Origin: a virus | Lineage: Duplodnaviria; Caudoviricetes | Virus record (IMG/VR): IMGVR_UViG_3300046786_000284 | Span: 1 to 55,677 of that record | Direction: 5' to 3' (one strand) | DNA length: 55,677 nt | Shown here: positions 26,164 through 35,727 of the stretch, piece by piece | How the letters are laid out: every line of letters starts with the position of its first letter | How positions within the stretch are numbered: position 1 is the stretch's first letter | Notes under the pieces: generated by a model | The model's input: the letters and a program-made list of their open reading frames with translations, nothing else | Told to the model about the DNA's origin: nothing | Database searches by the model: none | Translations under genes and position numbers: made by a program

Positions 26164-26787
26164 ATGAGAAGCCTTAAACAATACATTACCGAAAGTGTAA
26201 AATCATACAATTACACTATCAAAATTGCAGGTGATTTGGATAAGAACTTTTTAGATATGTTCAAATACAATCTAAACAAGTTTGACCCCATTAAAATTAG
26301 TGATCCAATCACTACACCTATTCAGAAAGACCCTTATGGTTTTCCTAACCTATCAAATCAGTCTATTACAATTATTAAGGCTGACTTTAGATATCCAGCA
26401 ACAGAACCAATGATTCAACAGATTGCTCAATTGTTGGGGTACAATGTTAACATGGTCAGAGTAATCACTAGTGATTTCAATGATAGTATTAACAATGAAG
26501 CAGAAGGATATGCAAATGAAATGCAACACTCACCTGTTCTTACACATGAAGAAATGGAAGAACAACCGGGTGCTAAAGAAGCTAACAAAGCTTACGGTCA
26601 ATCATATCTACCTAGTATTCAAACTCAAGCTAAGGGATCACAAATTGATATACCTTATGCAGGTGATAAGACAAAGGATTCGTTTGATCCATTCAAGCCA
26701 TACTTGGATGATGCTAAATTAGGAAAGCAAAGTCCTATGAGCAAAATCACACGACCACCGATGCCAGCAACTGGCGCAAGAAAATAA
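26164..26787 (+). CDS. Hypothetical protein with capsid-targeting-like N-terminus
   Basis: MRSLKQYITE-S resembles T4 internal-protein CTS; GATAAATA at 26137-26144. Confidence 0.6.
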   Translation: MRSLKQYITESVKSYNYTIKIAGDLDKNFLDMFKYNLNKFDPIKISDPITTPIQKDPYGFPNLSNQSITIIKADFRYPATEPMIQQIAQLLGYNVNMVRVITSDFNDSINNEAEGYANEMQHSPVLTHEEMEEQPGAKEANKAYGQSYLPSIQTQAKGSQIDIPYAGDKTKDSFDPFKPYLDDAKLGKQSPMSKITRPPMPATGARK

Positions 26788-26805
26788 TTCAAAGGAATAA
26801 TTGAA

Positions 26806-28845
26806 ATGAATTTAAAAGACATGCTAGCAAAAATGAGCCAGTTAAGCGAGGCTACAGAAAAGACTAAGACTGGTATCAAGCACACTGCTGAACCAGGTGG
26901 ATATGGTCGTAAAGATGACGAAGACGATGAAGGCAAAAAAGTTAAATCTGATGCCCCTAAAAAAGGTCGTGGTCGTCCTAAGAAAGATGCAGACGAAACA
27001 GGTGAAGTTAAGAAGTATGACTTCAGTGCGTTCGGTGGCACAGGTAAAGACATTAAGTTGAAGCCATGGGACAAGAAGAAGACTACTAAACATAGTCTTA
27101 AAGACTGGATTGAAACAGTAGATCAAAATATGATTGCTGAAGCTGAACAGATTGAAATCAAACCAGCGACTCAGACAAAGACTCAAGTTATACAACAAGG
27201 CAGTAAGACTCTAGGTACAGTTAACAACCCACAATTAGCACAACAGATTAAACAATCTATTGGTAAAGGTGAAATGTCATTGAATCCAGATGGTCAAGCA
27301 ATGGCTGAAGGTGATGACGACTACTCTGCTAAGAAAGCGGCAGCTGGTAAAGATATTGGCAAACCAGGTAAGAACTTTGCTAAAATTGTTAAGAGTTCTG
27401 GCGGCGGCGAAAAAGGTAAACGTATTGCAGGCGCGCTTCTTGCAAAACTACGCGGTTTAAAAGAAGCTGATATCCCAGTACATGATGGTGATATGGGTGC
27501 AGGTTTAGGCGCAGGTCGTAGCCAACAATTTGAAGCTAAGAAACCAGATGCTAACAAGAATAACATCCCTGATTATGCTGAAGATGGCAAGGGTAAAAAT
27601 GACTTGAAGAAAAAGAAAGTTAAAGAAGGTTTAGCGCAGAACTTGCAAGCCGCTAGATTAGCAGGTAAATCACATGGTTTAAAAGGTCATTCACATTGTG
27701 GCAATAACTATGATGATATGGAAGAAGCACGTATGTATCATGAAGGATACAAAGAAGGCTTAGACGAGTGCTATGGAATGGGTAGTATGTTAGAGACTGA
27801 AATGCCAGCAACAGTACCTGGTATGGCAGATGCCGCAGAGCCAGCAATGGATGAGGGCAACGCATTTACAGCCGCATTAAATCGTACACCATCAGGTGGT
27901 AAGTTTAGTGTCGGTGGCCGTACATTTACTGACCATTCTTCAATTGAAGAAACAGGTAGCATGTTTGAATCATGGGATAACGAATTAAGCAATTTACTTA
28001 ATGAGTACACAGAAATTCAAGAAGGTATGACTGTATCTATTTCTAAAGGTCAACAAGGTTCTCCTGATTCAGTATCAGTATCAGCACAAGATCAAGAAGC
28101 TGAACAATTATTATCAATAATCAAATCAGCAGGCTTAGGCTTGTTTGGTGGTGATGATGCGCCTGGTATGCAACAGCAGCCCCATGCACCTGAAGCAATG
28201 ACAGTTGACGTTGATGGTCAAGAAGGTTCTACTGATATTGATGTAGTAGATGACCATGATGGTATGATGGACTTAATTAGAAAAGTTACAGGCGCCGCAG
28301 GTCAACCTGACGTAGTAGCTATTGGTGGTGACGATGAAGGCCATAACAGTGATTATGAAGACGAAGAAGGTCATTCAGATCACGACCATGAAGAAACTGA
28401 TGAAGCAACATGTGAATCATGCGGTTGCGTTCACGAAGGTGATTGCGCTCCAGAAGGCGACAAAGAAATGGTAGATGAAGTTGAGTCAGAAGACCAACAA
28501 GAATTTGAAGTTTCTGAAGATAACGCTCCTGATTCAGGTGCAGCCGAAACTACAGCAGATGAAAATGCAGAAGCGTCAGAAGATCAAGCATTAGCTACAG
28601 TAGACGCCGCACAAGACGAAGAACCAGTTAATGAGTGGGCTAATGATGCAGGAGATAATGCTAAAGATTTTGATGACGAATCATTCCAGACTGATATGGA
28701 CTTTATGACTAAAGTTATTTCTGGTGGTTTGAATAAAGAAAAATCAACTGGTCAAACAACAATTCCTGTTGTTGCTAGTCAATTAGGACGTCAAGTAGCA
28801 CATGAATCAGTTAACGATTGGAAGAAGTTAGCAGGTATTAAGTGA
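26806..28845 (+). CDS. Large basic-then-acidic putative internal head/core protein with AT-hook
   Basis: KKGRGRPKK AT-hook-like motif; many hydrophobic-x-Glu motifs; very acidic C-terminal half. Confidence 0.6.
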   Translation: MNLKDMLAKMSQLSEATEKTKTGIKHTAEPGGYGRKDDEDDEGKKVKSDAPKKGRGRPKKDADETGEVKKYDFSAFGGTGKDIKLKPWDKKKTTKHSLKDWIETVDQNMIAEAEQIEIKPATQTKTQVIQQGSKTLGTVNNPQLAQQIKQSIGKGEMSLNPDGQAMAEGDDDYSAKKAAAGKDIGKPGKNFAKIVKSSGGGEKGKRIAGALLAKLRGLKEADIPVHDGDMGAGLGAGRSQQFEAKKPDANKNNIPDYAEDGKGKNDLKKKKVKEGLAQNLQAARLAGKSHGLKGHSHCGNNYDDMEEARMYHEGYKEGLDECYGMGSMLETEMPATVPGMADAAEPAMDEGNAFTAALNRTPSGGKFSVGGRTFTDHSSIEETGSMFESWDNELSNLLNEYTEIQEGMTVSISKGQQGSPDSVSVSAQDQEAEQLLSIIKSAGLGLFGGDDAPGMQQQPHAPEAMTVDVDGQEGSTDIDVVDDHDGMMDLIRKVTGAAGQPDVVAIGGDDEGHNSDYEDEEGHSDHDHEETDEATCESCGCVHEGDCAPEGDKEMVDEVESEDQQEFEVSEDNAPDSGAAETTADENAEASEDQALATVDAAQDEEPVNEWANDAGDNAKDFDDESFQTDMDFMTKVISGGLNKEKSTGQTTIPVVASQLGRQVAHESVNDWKKLAGIK

Positions 28846-28860
28846 TAATATAATCACATT

Positions 28861-28892
28861 AAAAATACCCGGCAATTGTCGGGTATTTTTTT
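28861..28892. terminator. Intrinsic terminator (bidirectional type)
   Basis: AAAAATACCCGGC-AATT-GTCGGGTATTTTTTT. Confidence 0.85.
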
Positions 28893-28942
28893 GGCTACTC
28901 GTTTATCCGAAAACGATAAATACTTGATAAGGTGATATAGAT

Positions 28943-31900
28943 ATGGCTCAAAGAAATATAGATTTTGGCACATTCCCTGACGATCCACAAGCTGATGCGA
29001 TAAGAACGGCATTTCAAAAAGTACAAGAAAACTTTACTGAAGTATATGCTGGTGTTGAAGGCGCATCCGTTTCTTCTGTCAATAGGACTCCGGGTGCTGG
29101 TATAACAGTTAGTTCCCCAACCGGTAACGTTATCGTTACTGCAAACATTGCGTGTGTTCAAGTACACACTAGTACTTTAAGTATAGGTCGTGATAGTAAC
29201 GGTGCTCAAGACACTAGTATTACAGCATCTTCTCAGACACTATGGGTTGACTTACCAGCTAACATTGCAAACGTTTCAAACATTAACTTGTCAGGATATG
29301 CTACTGCTGTAGGTAATGTAACAGGTGGAAACTTAGTTACTGGTGGACAAGTAGTTGCTACAGGTAATGTAACAGGTGGAAACTTAGTTACTGGTGGACA
29401 AGTAGTTGCTACAGGTAATGTAACAGGTGGCAATATAATAACAACTGGTACATTCTCTGTTACCGGTAATGCTAACGTTGGTAACTTGGGTGCAAGTGGT
29501 TTAATAGTGGCAACTGGTAATATAACTGGTGGAAACTTAGTTACTGCTGGTCGTTTGTCTGCAACAGGAAATGCTAACGTAGGAAATATTGGTGCAGTAT
29601 CAGGGGTATTGACGGGAACATTAAGTGTAACCGGTAATGCAAATACAGGTAATCTTGGCACCACTAGTATTCTTGCTAGTGCTAATATAACAGCCCCGCA
29701 ACTAATATCAAATGTAGCAGTTGGTACTGCGCCACTGGTAGTTACGAGTACGACAGTAGTTCCTAACTTATATGTTTCACGTGCCAACGTTGCTGATTTT
29801 GTAAATGCAACCTTAGTATCTACTGGTACATTCTACCCGCTATTAGCTAATGCAACATCCGGCAACATTGCTGAATCAGCAAATGCTAACTTATCATTTA
29901 ATGCGGCTAATGGTGCATTGACTGCTACTACATTTGTTGGCGCATTGTCAGGTGTAGCAACGAGTGCTACTACTGCAGGTACAGTAACTACTGCGGCACA
30001 ACCAAATATTACTAGTGTTGGTACATTAACAAGTTTAGGTGTAAATGGAACTATAACAGCCGTTGCAGTTACTGCTAACACCGGTATCTTTACAGGCAAT
30101 GGTGCCGGCCTAACACAACTAGCAGGTGCTAATGTAACAGGTACGGTTGCTAATGCAACATATGCACTAAGTGCAGGTACAGCAGGTACTGTAACAACTA
30201 ATGCACAGCCTAACATTACAAGTGTTGGCACATTAACTGGATTAACATCTACTGGTACTGTAAATACTGCTAGTGCAAGTAATGTAACATTAGGTCCTAT
30301 TGCCAATATTCATATCTCCGGCGGGTCATTAGGCTACACCATTAAAACTGACGGTGCAGGTAATTTGTCATGGGGTGTCGATACTGCGGCAGCAGGTGGT
30401 GGCAACACTGAAATTCAATTCAACGATGCTGGTGTATTAAATGGTAGTGCTAACTATACATTTGATAAAAGTACCAATCAATTAACCGTTAACGGTAATC
30501 TACAATCAGCTAATGCAAACTTAGGTAACGCAGTTACTGCTAATTATTTTACAGGTAACTTTTATGGTAGAGCTAACACCGCTAACACTGTATTGATTGC
30601 CGCGCAACCTAACATCACTAGCTTAGGAACATTGACTTCATTAACTGTCAGTGGTGGTACAGCTAATTTAGGTAATGTTGCTAACGTAAAAATCTTAGGT
30701 GGTTCAGGATATCTATACAACGACTCATCTAATAATTTAACATATCAAAGTGTAGTAACGCAGACTATTCCTGGTGCAGCCAATTCATTGTTATATAGTA
30801 GTGGATCTAATAACGTTGTTGCTAGTGGCAATATCAAATTTAATGATCCTCAATTAGATATAACTGGTACATTAAACGTAACAGGCAATGCTAACGTAGG
30901 AAACATTGGTGCTACAAATATCGTAGGAACATTGTCCACTGCGGCTCAACCTAATATTACTAGTGTAGGAACATTGGCGGGATTGACTGTTAGCTCTGTT
31001 GGATTAATTGTAGCAGGCGGTGGTAACATTAACGGTGGCAACATTACTGCGACCGGTATATTTTCTGGCAATGGTTCTAGTTTAAGTCAACTAGCAGGTG
31101 CTAATGTAACAGGTACTGTTGCAAATGCAACATATGCTGTAAGTGCTGGGAGTGCAGGAAGTGCAACTACAGCAGGTACTGTAACAACTAATGCACAGCC
31201 CAACATTACGTCAGTTGGCACACTCACAAGTTTGGGTGTGAACGGAACAGTTACCGCAGTCGCAGTTACTGCAAACACAGGTGTGTTTACAGGTAATGGT
31301 AGTGGGTTGAGTGCTATAGCAGGTGCTAATGTAACAGGTACTGTTGCAAATGCAACATATGCAGTGAGTGCGGGATCTGCTACAAGTGCAACAAATGCAG
31401 CCGCATTATTGACAACATTAACAACTACTGGAACTGCATACATCCCATTCATCAGTGGTACAGCTAATGGTAACTATGCACATCTATCCAATGCTAACTT
31501 CTCTGCTAACTTAGCAAATGGAGCGATTACGGCCACAACATTCGTTGGTGCATTGAGTGGTGCGGCTACAAGTGCAACAAATGCAGCCGCATTATTGACA
31601 ACATTAACAACTACTGGAACTGCATACATCCCATTCATCAGTGGTACAGCTAATGGTAACTATGCACATCTATCCAACGCAAGTTTTTCAGCTAACTTAG
31701 CAAATGGCGCTATTACTGCTACCACATTCGTTGGTTCATTGAGTGGTACTGCAAGCCTAGCAACGTATGCAACAACAGCTAATGCTGTAGCTGGTGCGAA
31801 TGTCAGCGGTGCAGTTTCATATGCAACAACAGCTAATGCTGTAGCTGGTGCGAATGTCAGCGGTGCAGTTTCATATGCAACAACAGCTAATGCTGTAGCT

Positions 31901-32563
31901 GGTGCGAATGTCAGCGGTACAGTAGCCAATGCAACATACGCAACCTCTGCAGGTAGTGCAACTACTGCAACTACTGCAGGTACAGTAACTACTGCGGCTC
32001 AACCTAATATTACTAGTGTTGGTACACTGACTGGTTTAACATTATCTGGTACATTAACAGGTGCAGTGCAAATTGGTACAGGTACAGCTACACACTACGG
32101 TACTACGTTAACAACCGGTGCAAATACAACAGCAGGTACTATTACAGGCAATTGGTCATTAAGTACAGGTTCACAACTACGTGCTACATATGCTGACTTA
32201 GCAGAATATTATGCAGGTGATGCAAATATAGAACCTGGTACTGTTGTTGAATTTGGTGGCACTCAAGAAGTACAGATTTGTGATTCATATATGAGTAAAT
32301 TAGTTGCAGGTATTGTTACTACAAATCCAGCATACATAATGAATACTGATATTGATTGTGAATACCCAATTGCAATTGCATTACAAGGAAGAATACCTGC
32401 AAAAGTACTAGGTCCAGTCAAGCGAGGTGATATGATGGTTAGTGCAAACAATGGATATGCAGTTTCTTGCAACTCACCTAATATAGGAACAGTACTAGGA
32501 AAAGCGTTGACTGATTTCAACGGTGAAATCGGTATAATAGAAATTATGGTAGGAAGAACGTAA
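28943..32563 (+). CDS. Long tail fibre-like protein
   Basis: N-terminal IDFGTFPDDPQADAIRTAFQKVQENFTEVY resembles T4 baseplate/fibre attachment N-termini; GNVTGGN and AQPNITSVGTL repeats; C-terminal YADLAEYY domain; GATAAATA at 28915-28922. Confidence 0.8.
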   Translation: MAQRNIDFGTFPDDPQADAIRTAFQKVQENFTEVYAGVEGASVSSVNRTPGAGITVSSPTGNVIVTANIACVQVHTSTLSIGRDSNGAQDTSITASSQTLWVDLPANIANVSNINLSGYATAVGNVTGGNLVTGGQVVATGNVTGGNLVTGGQVVATGNVTGGNIITTGTFSVTGNANVGNLGASGLIVATGNITGGNLVTAGRLSATGNANVGNIGAVSGVLTGTLSVTGNANTGNLGTTSILASANITAPQLISNVAVGTAPLVVTSTTVVPNLYVSRANVADFVNATLVSTGTFYPLLANATSGNIAESANANLSFNAANGALTATTFVGALSGVATSATTAGTVTTAAQPNITSVGTLTSLGVNGTITAVAVTANTGIFTGNGAGLTQLAGANVTGTVANATYALSAGTAGTVTTNAQPNITSVGTLTGLTSTGTVNTASASNVTLGPIANIHISGGSLGYTIKTDGAGNLSWGVDTAAAGGGNTEIQFNDAGVLNGSANYTFDKSTNQLTVNGNLQSANANLGNAVTANYFTGNFYGRANTANTVLIAAQPNITSLGTLTSLTVSGGTANLGNVANVKILGGSGYLYNDSSNNLTYQSVVTQTIPGAANSLLYSSGSNNVVASGNIKFNDPQLDITGTLNVTGNANVGNIGATNIVGTLSTAAQPNITSVGTLAGLTVSSVGLIVAGGGNINGGNITATGIFSGNGSSLSQLAGANVTGTVANATYAVSAGSAGSATTAGTVTTNAQPNITSVGTLTSLGVNGTVTAVAVTANTGVFTGNGSGLSAIAGANVTGTVANATYAVSAGSATSATNAAALLTTLTTTGTAYIPFISGTANGNYAHLSNANFSANLANGAITATTFVGALSGAATSATNAAALLTTLTTTGTAYIPFISGTANGNYAHLSNASFSANLANGAITATTFVGSLSGTASLATYATTANAVAGANVSGAVSYATTANAVAGANVSGAVSYATTANAVAGANVSGTVANATYATSAGSATTATTAGTVTTAAQPNITSVGTLTGLTLSGTLTGAVQIGTGTATHYGTTLTTGANTTAGTITGNWSLSTGSQLRATYADLAEYYAGDANIEPGTVVEFGGTQEVQICDSYMSKLVAGIVTTNPAYIMNTDIDCEYPIAIALQGRIPAKVLGPVKRGDMMVSANNGYAVSCNSPNIGTVLGKALTDFNGEIGIIEIMVGRT
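29311..29430 (+). repeat. Exact 51-bp tandem repeat (about 2.3 copies) in fibre gene
   Basis: AGGTAATGTAACAGGTGGAAACTTAGTTACTGGTGGACAAGTAGTTGCTAC at 29311 and 29362, partial copy at 29413. Confidence 0.9.
31379..31677 (+). repeat. 113-bp exact direct repeat, 186-bp period, in fibre gene
   Basis: 31379-31491 is identical to 31565-31677 (ATSATNAAALLTTLTTTGTAYIPFISGTANGNYAHLS). Confidence 0.9.
31766..31918 (+). repeat. Exact 54-bp tandem repeat (about 2.8 copies) in fibre gene
   Basis: Units start at 31766, 31820 and 31874 and encode YATTANAVAGANVSGAVS. Confidence 0.9.
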
Positions 32564-32564
32564 T

Positions 32565-33188
32565 ATGGTAACTTTAGAATTATTACAGGCAATGTGCCCA
32601 AAGACAAAACGCTCTATATTAGAGGGTTATGTAGAGCCACTAAACACAGTAGCAGAATACTATGAGATGTTTGATAATCCAAAACGTGTTGCTGGCTTCT
32701 TAGCACAAGTAGCACATGAATCAGGTGGATTCAATGCTGTCATTGAAAATTTAAACTATTCAGCGAAGGGTTTAACCGGTACTTTTAAAAAGTACTTCCC
32801 TACAGAAGAATCAGCAAGACCATATGAACGTAAGCCAGAGATGATTGCCAATCGTGTTTATGCTAATCGTATGAAGAACGGCGATGAAGCAAGCGGTGAT
32901 GGTTTTAGATTCAGAGGTCGTGGATTGATTCAATTGACCGGGCGTGACAACTATACTAAATTTGCAGAAGCATTAGATATGAGTATTGAAGATACTATCA
33001 GATACTTAGAGACACCAAATGGTGCTGTCGCAAGTGCTGGTTGGTTTTGGGACAATAATAAACTAAATCAGTTTTGTGACAGAGATGACTTTGTTACATT
33101 AACAAAACGTATCAACGGTGGTACAATTGGATTAGCAGATAGACAACATCACTATCACTTAGCACTAGAACATTTAGGCGCACATTAA
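32565..33188 (+). CDS. Glycoside hydrolase family 19 endolysin
   Basis: LAQVAHESGGF, ENLNYS, FRGRGLIQLTGRDNY, SAGWFW, TKRINGG. Confidence 0.92.
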   Translation: MVTLELLQAMCPKTKRSILEGYVEPLNTVAEYYEMFDNPKRVAGFLAQVAHESGGFNAVIENLNYSAKGLTGTFKKYFPTEESARPYERKPEMIANRVYANRMKNGDEASGDGFRFRGRGLIQLTGRDNYTKFAEALDMSIEDTIRYLETPNGAVASAGWFWDNNKLNQFCDRDDFVTLTKRINGGTIGLADRQHHYHLALEHLGAH

Positions 33189-33189
33189 T

Positions 33190-35703
33190 ATGGCACAACC
33201 AGTTTGGAATACATCAGCCGGAACAATAGGTAGTTTTCCTGCATTAGTTCCTATGGCGTATAATCTGTCAGCTTCTGCGGTACTTCCGGGTACGACAATA
33301 ACATATACGCTTATAAGTGGAAATCTTCCACCAGGTCTTACTATAGGTTTAGACGGCTTCATATCCGGAATTCCAAATTTAGTAGTAGTTGATACGACTA
33401 GCGTTTTTACTGTTAGAGCAACTGATAATCTTAATAGTTTGCGAGATAGAACATTCTCTATAAGAGTTTCAGGAGTAGCTACACCACAATTTACTACACC
33501 AGACGGATCATTATTAAGTACACAGGATAGTTTGTGGATAGAATTACCTATAGAATATAGCAATCCTGATCCAAACAATATAATACGTGTAGAACTCAAA
33601 GAAGGGTTGCTACCACCAGGCCTAGAAATTAATGATAGTGGTATAATAAGAGGGTACCCATCCCCTCCTATCAACGGCGTAACTTTGCCTGTAGTTACTA
33701 CAGGTGCAACTACAACAGATACTTCTAATGCTATTACTTGCCTAAGTACAGTTGGATTTACTGTAGGAAGACCTGTGTTGTTTTCCGGGACAACTTTTGG
33801 TGGACTAACAACTACACTAACATATTACATTAAGAGTATTATCAACGCAACGTCATTCACAGTTAGTACTACGCAAAACGGTCCGGTATATAGTTTGAAT
33901 AATGATAATGGATATATGCTTGTAACTCTGCCATCAGTTAGCGCAGGACAGCCAACCATTAGAACATACGCATTTGTGTTAGAGTTAATAAGTCCATTAG
34001 GTGGTGATACTTCATCATATTCTATTACAGTTATTAATCAAAACACACCTGTAAGCCAAGCTGGTCCAGGTAACTTACCAAATACTAGAGTACCTACAGT
34101 GTTAAACACTAGACCACAAACATTCGTTATTCCATCTACTAATGCGTACTATGGTTATTATTTAATACCTCCGCCTAATAGCAGTGAACTCACTACACCA
34201 CCTAGTACTCCTGTTTTTATTGGTACAATATTGAGTGGTAATTATTTTGCTTTCAAGATAATTGGGTATGATTTTGACGGCAGTAATTTAACATATTCTT
34301 TCTCTGGTCTTCCTGCAGGGTTAACAGGTGATAGTAGTACAGGGTGGCTAACGGGAACACCAACATTAGCATCTGCTGGTATAAGTCAATTTACATTTAG
34401 TGTTGCAGTATACAAAGCAACCAATCCATCTCTTTCTAGTGCATATTATAATTTTGCATATAATTTAACAAATGATATAAATGGAGTTGTATTGTGGACT
34501 ACTCCTTCCGATTTAGGAACAATATTCAATGGTACAATTAGTACATTGAGTGTCGTTGCAGTATCGGACGTAGATTTGTCATATAGAGTAACTGATGGAA
34601 GTCTTCCACCTAATCTTGTTTTGCTTGAGAACGGTGAGATAACTGGTTATGTTGCAGATCAACCAACTAGTGCTATATTAGAGCAAGGTGATACTACTGA
34701 ATTTACATTTACAATTGAAGCATATTCAACATTGTATCCTGTTATCGCATCATCAAAAACATTTACAGTAACAGTACTACAACAATACAGTCAACCAACT
34801 GATATTTTATATATTAAAGCGGCTCCTAGTATTGCAGACAGAGTTATTATTGATACATTATTAAATGATGATGCTTTGATTCCACCTGCTGATTTATATA
34901 GACCCGATGATGTGTACTTTGGTAAGGCTTCTAGTGTCATATATGAACACGCATATGGTATATATGCAAGTGACATAGATGAATACTTAGCCGCGGTTAC
35001 TAAGAATCACTATTGGAGAAACATTACCTTAGGTGAGATAAAAACTGCTGTCGCAAAAAACAACGCCGGTGATATCGTTTATGAAGTAGTATATAGTGAA
35101 GTAATTGATAATCTAGTAAACCCTAAAGGAATCAGTATACAAAGTGAGATTTACTGGCCAAGACCAATTGATTTAGGATTAGGACCTTGGTATACTAGTG
35201 TAACTAACGTGTTTACAAGTTACGAATCTATATTAGGTCAAGAATACTATACAAGCTTGACACCGGGTTATGCTAGAATACTATACCCAAATAGTTTGTA
35301 CAACATGCGTAACAGAGTTGCTACTGTGTTGGGTCAAGAATATGATTCTACACTGTTACCATTATGGATGACAAGTCAACAGCCAAATGGTAGCACATTG
35401 GGTTACACACAAGCTTGGGTAATATGCTACACTAAGCCCGGCAAGTCAGCGGCAATAAAAGATAATATAGAGAATAATTGGGTAGACCCGATTGGTAGAA
35501 ATTATGTACTGAACCAAATCAATTTTAGAATTGATAGATTCACTGTCGATAAGAGTGCAACATACAACTATGACAAAGCGACTACTCCACCTAGTTGGAC
35601 AGGCTTACCTAGCGCAAGCCCTGTCCCTAGCCCATTGGATAGTAAAGATTTCTATGTATTGTTCCCTAGACAAACAATTTTACCCGACGAATCACAGTAC
35701 TAA
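33190..35703 (+). CDS. Ig-like (He_PIG-type) repeat virion/baseplate protein
   Basis: Repeated GxLPPGL...GxIxG...FTV/FTI motifs in a structural-gene context. Confidence 0.7.
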   Translation: MAQPVWNTSAGTIGSFPALVPMAYNLSASAVLPGTTITYTLISGNLPPGLTIGLDGFISGIPNLVVVDTTSVFTVRATDNLNSLRDRTFSIRVSGVATPQFTTPDGSLLSTQDSLWIELPIEYSNPDPNNIIRVELKEGLLPPGLEINDSGIIRGYPSPPINGVTLPVVTTGATTTDTSNAITCLSTVGFTVGRPVLFSGTTFGGLTTTLTYYIKSIINATSFTVSTTQNGPVYSLNNDNGYMLVTLPSVSAGQPTIRTYAFVLELISPLGGDTSSYSITVINQNTPVSQAGPGNLPNTRVPTVLNTRPQTFVIPSTNAYYGYYLIPPPNSSELTTPPSTPVFIGTILSGNYFAFKIIGYDFDGSNLTYSFSGLPAGLTGDSSTGWLTGTPTLASAGISQFTFSVAVYKATNPSLSSAYYNFAYNLTNDINGVVLWTTPSDLGTIFNGTISTLSVVAVSDVDLSYRVTDGSLPPNLVLLENGEITGYVADQPTSAILEQGDTTEFTFTIEAYSTLYPVIASSKTFTVTVLQQYSQPTDILYIKAAPSIADRVIIDTLLNDDALIPPADLYRPDDVYFGKASSVIYEHAYGIYASDIDEYLAAVTKNHYWRNITLGEIKTAVAKNNAGDIVYEVVYSEVIDNLVNPKGISIQSEIYWPRPIDLGLGPWYTSVTNVFTSYESILGQEYYTSLTPGYARILYPNSLYNMRNRVATVLGQEYDSTLLPLWMTSQQPNGSTLGYTQAWVICYTKPGKSAAIKDNIENNWVDPIGRNYVLNQINFRIDRFTVDKSATYNYDKATTPPSWTGLPSASPVPSPLDSKDFYVLFPRQTILPDESQY

Positions 35704-35727
35704 ATATACATAATGGAATAAAAGCAA

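Noticed and set aside
29311-31918. CRISPR array
   Set aside because: The repeats are in-frame tandem units inside a CDS, without unique spacers.
28943-32563. Diversity-generating retroelement acting on the fibre genes
   Set aside because: No reverse transcriptase in the window. The repeats are in-frame coding copies, either identical or differing at synonymous sites, not adenine-specific TR/VR pairs.
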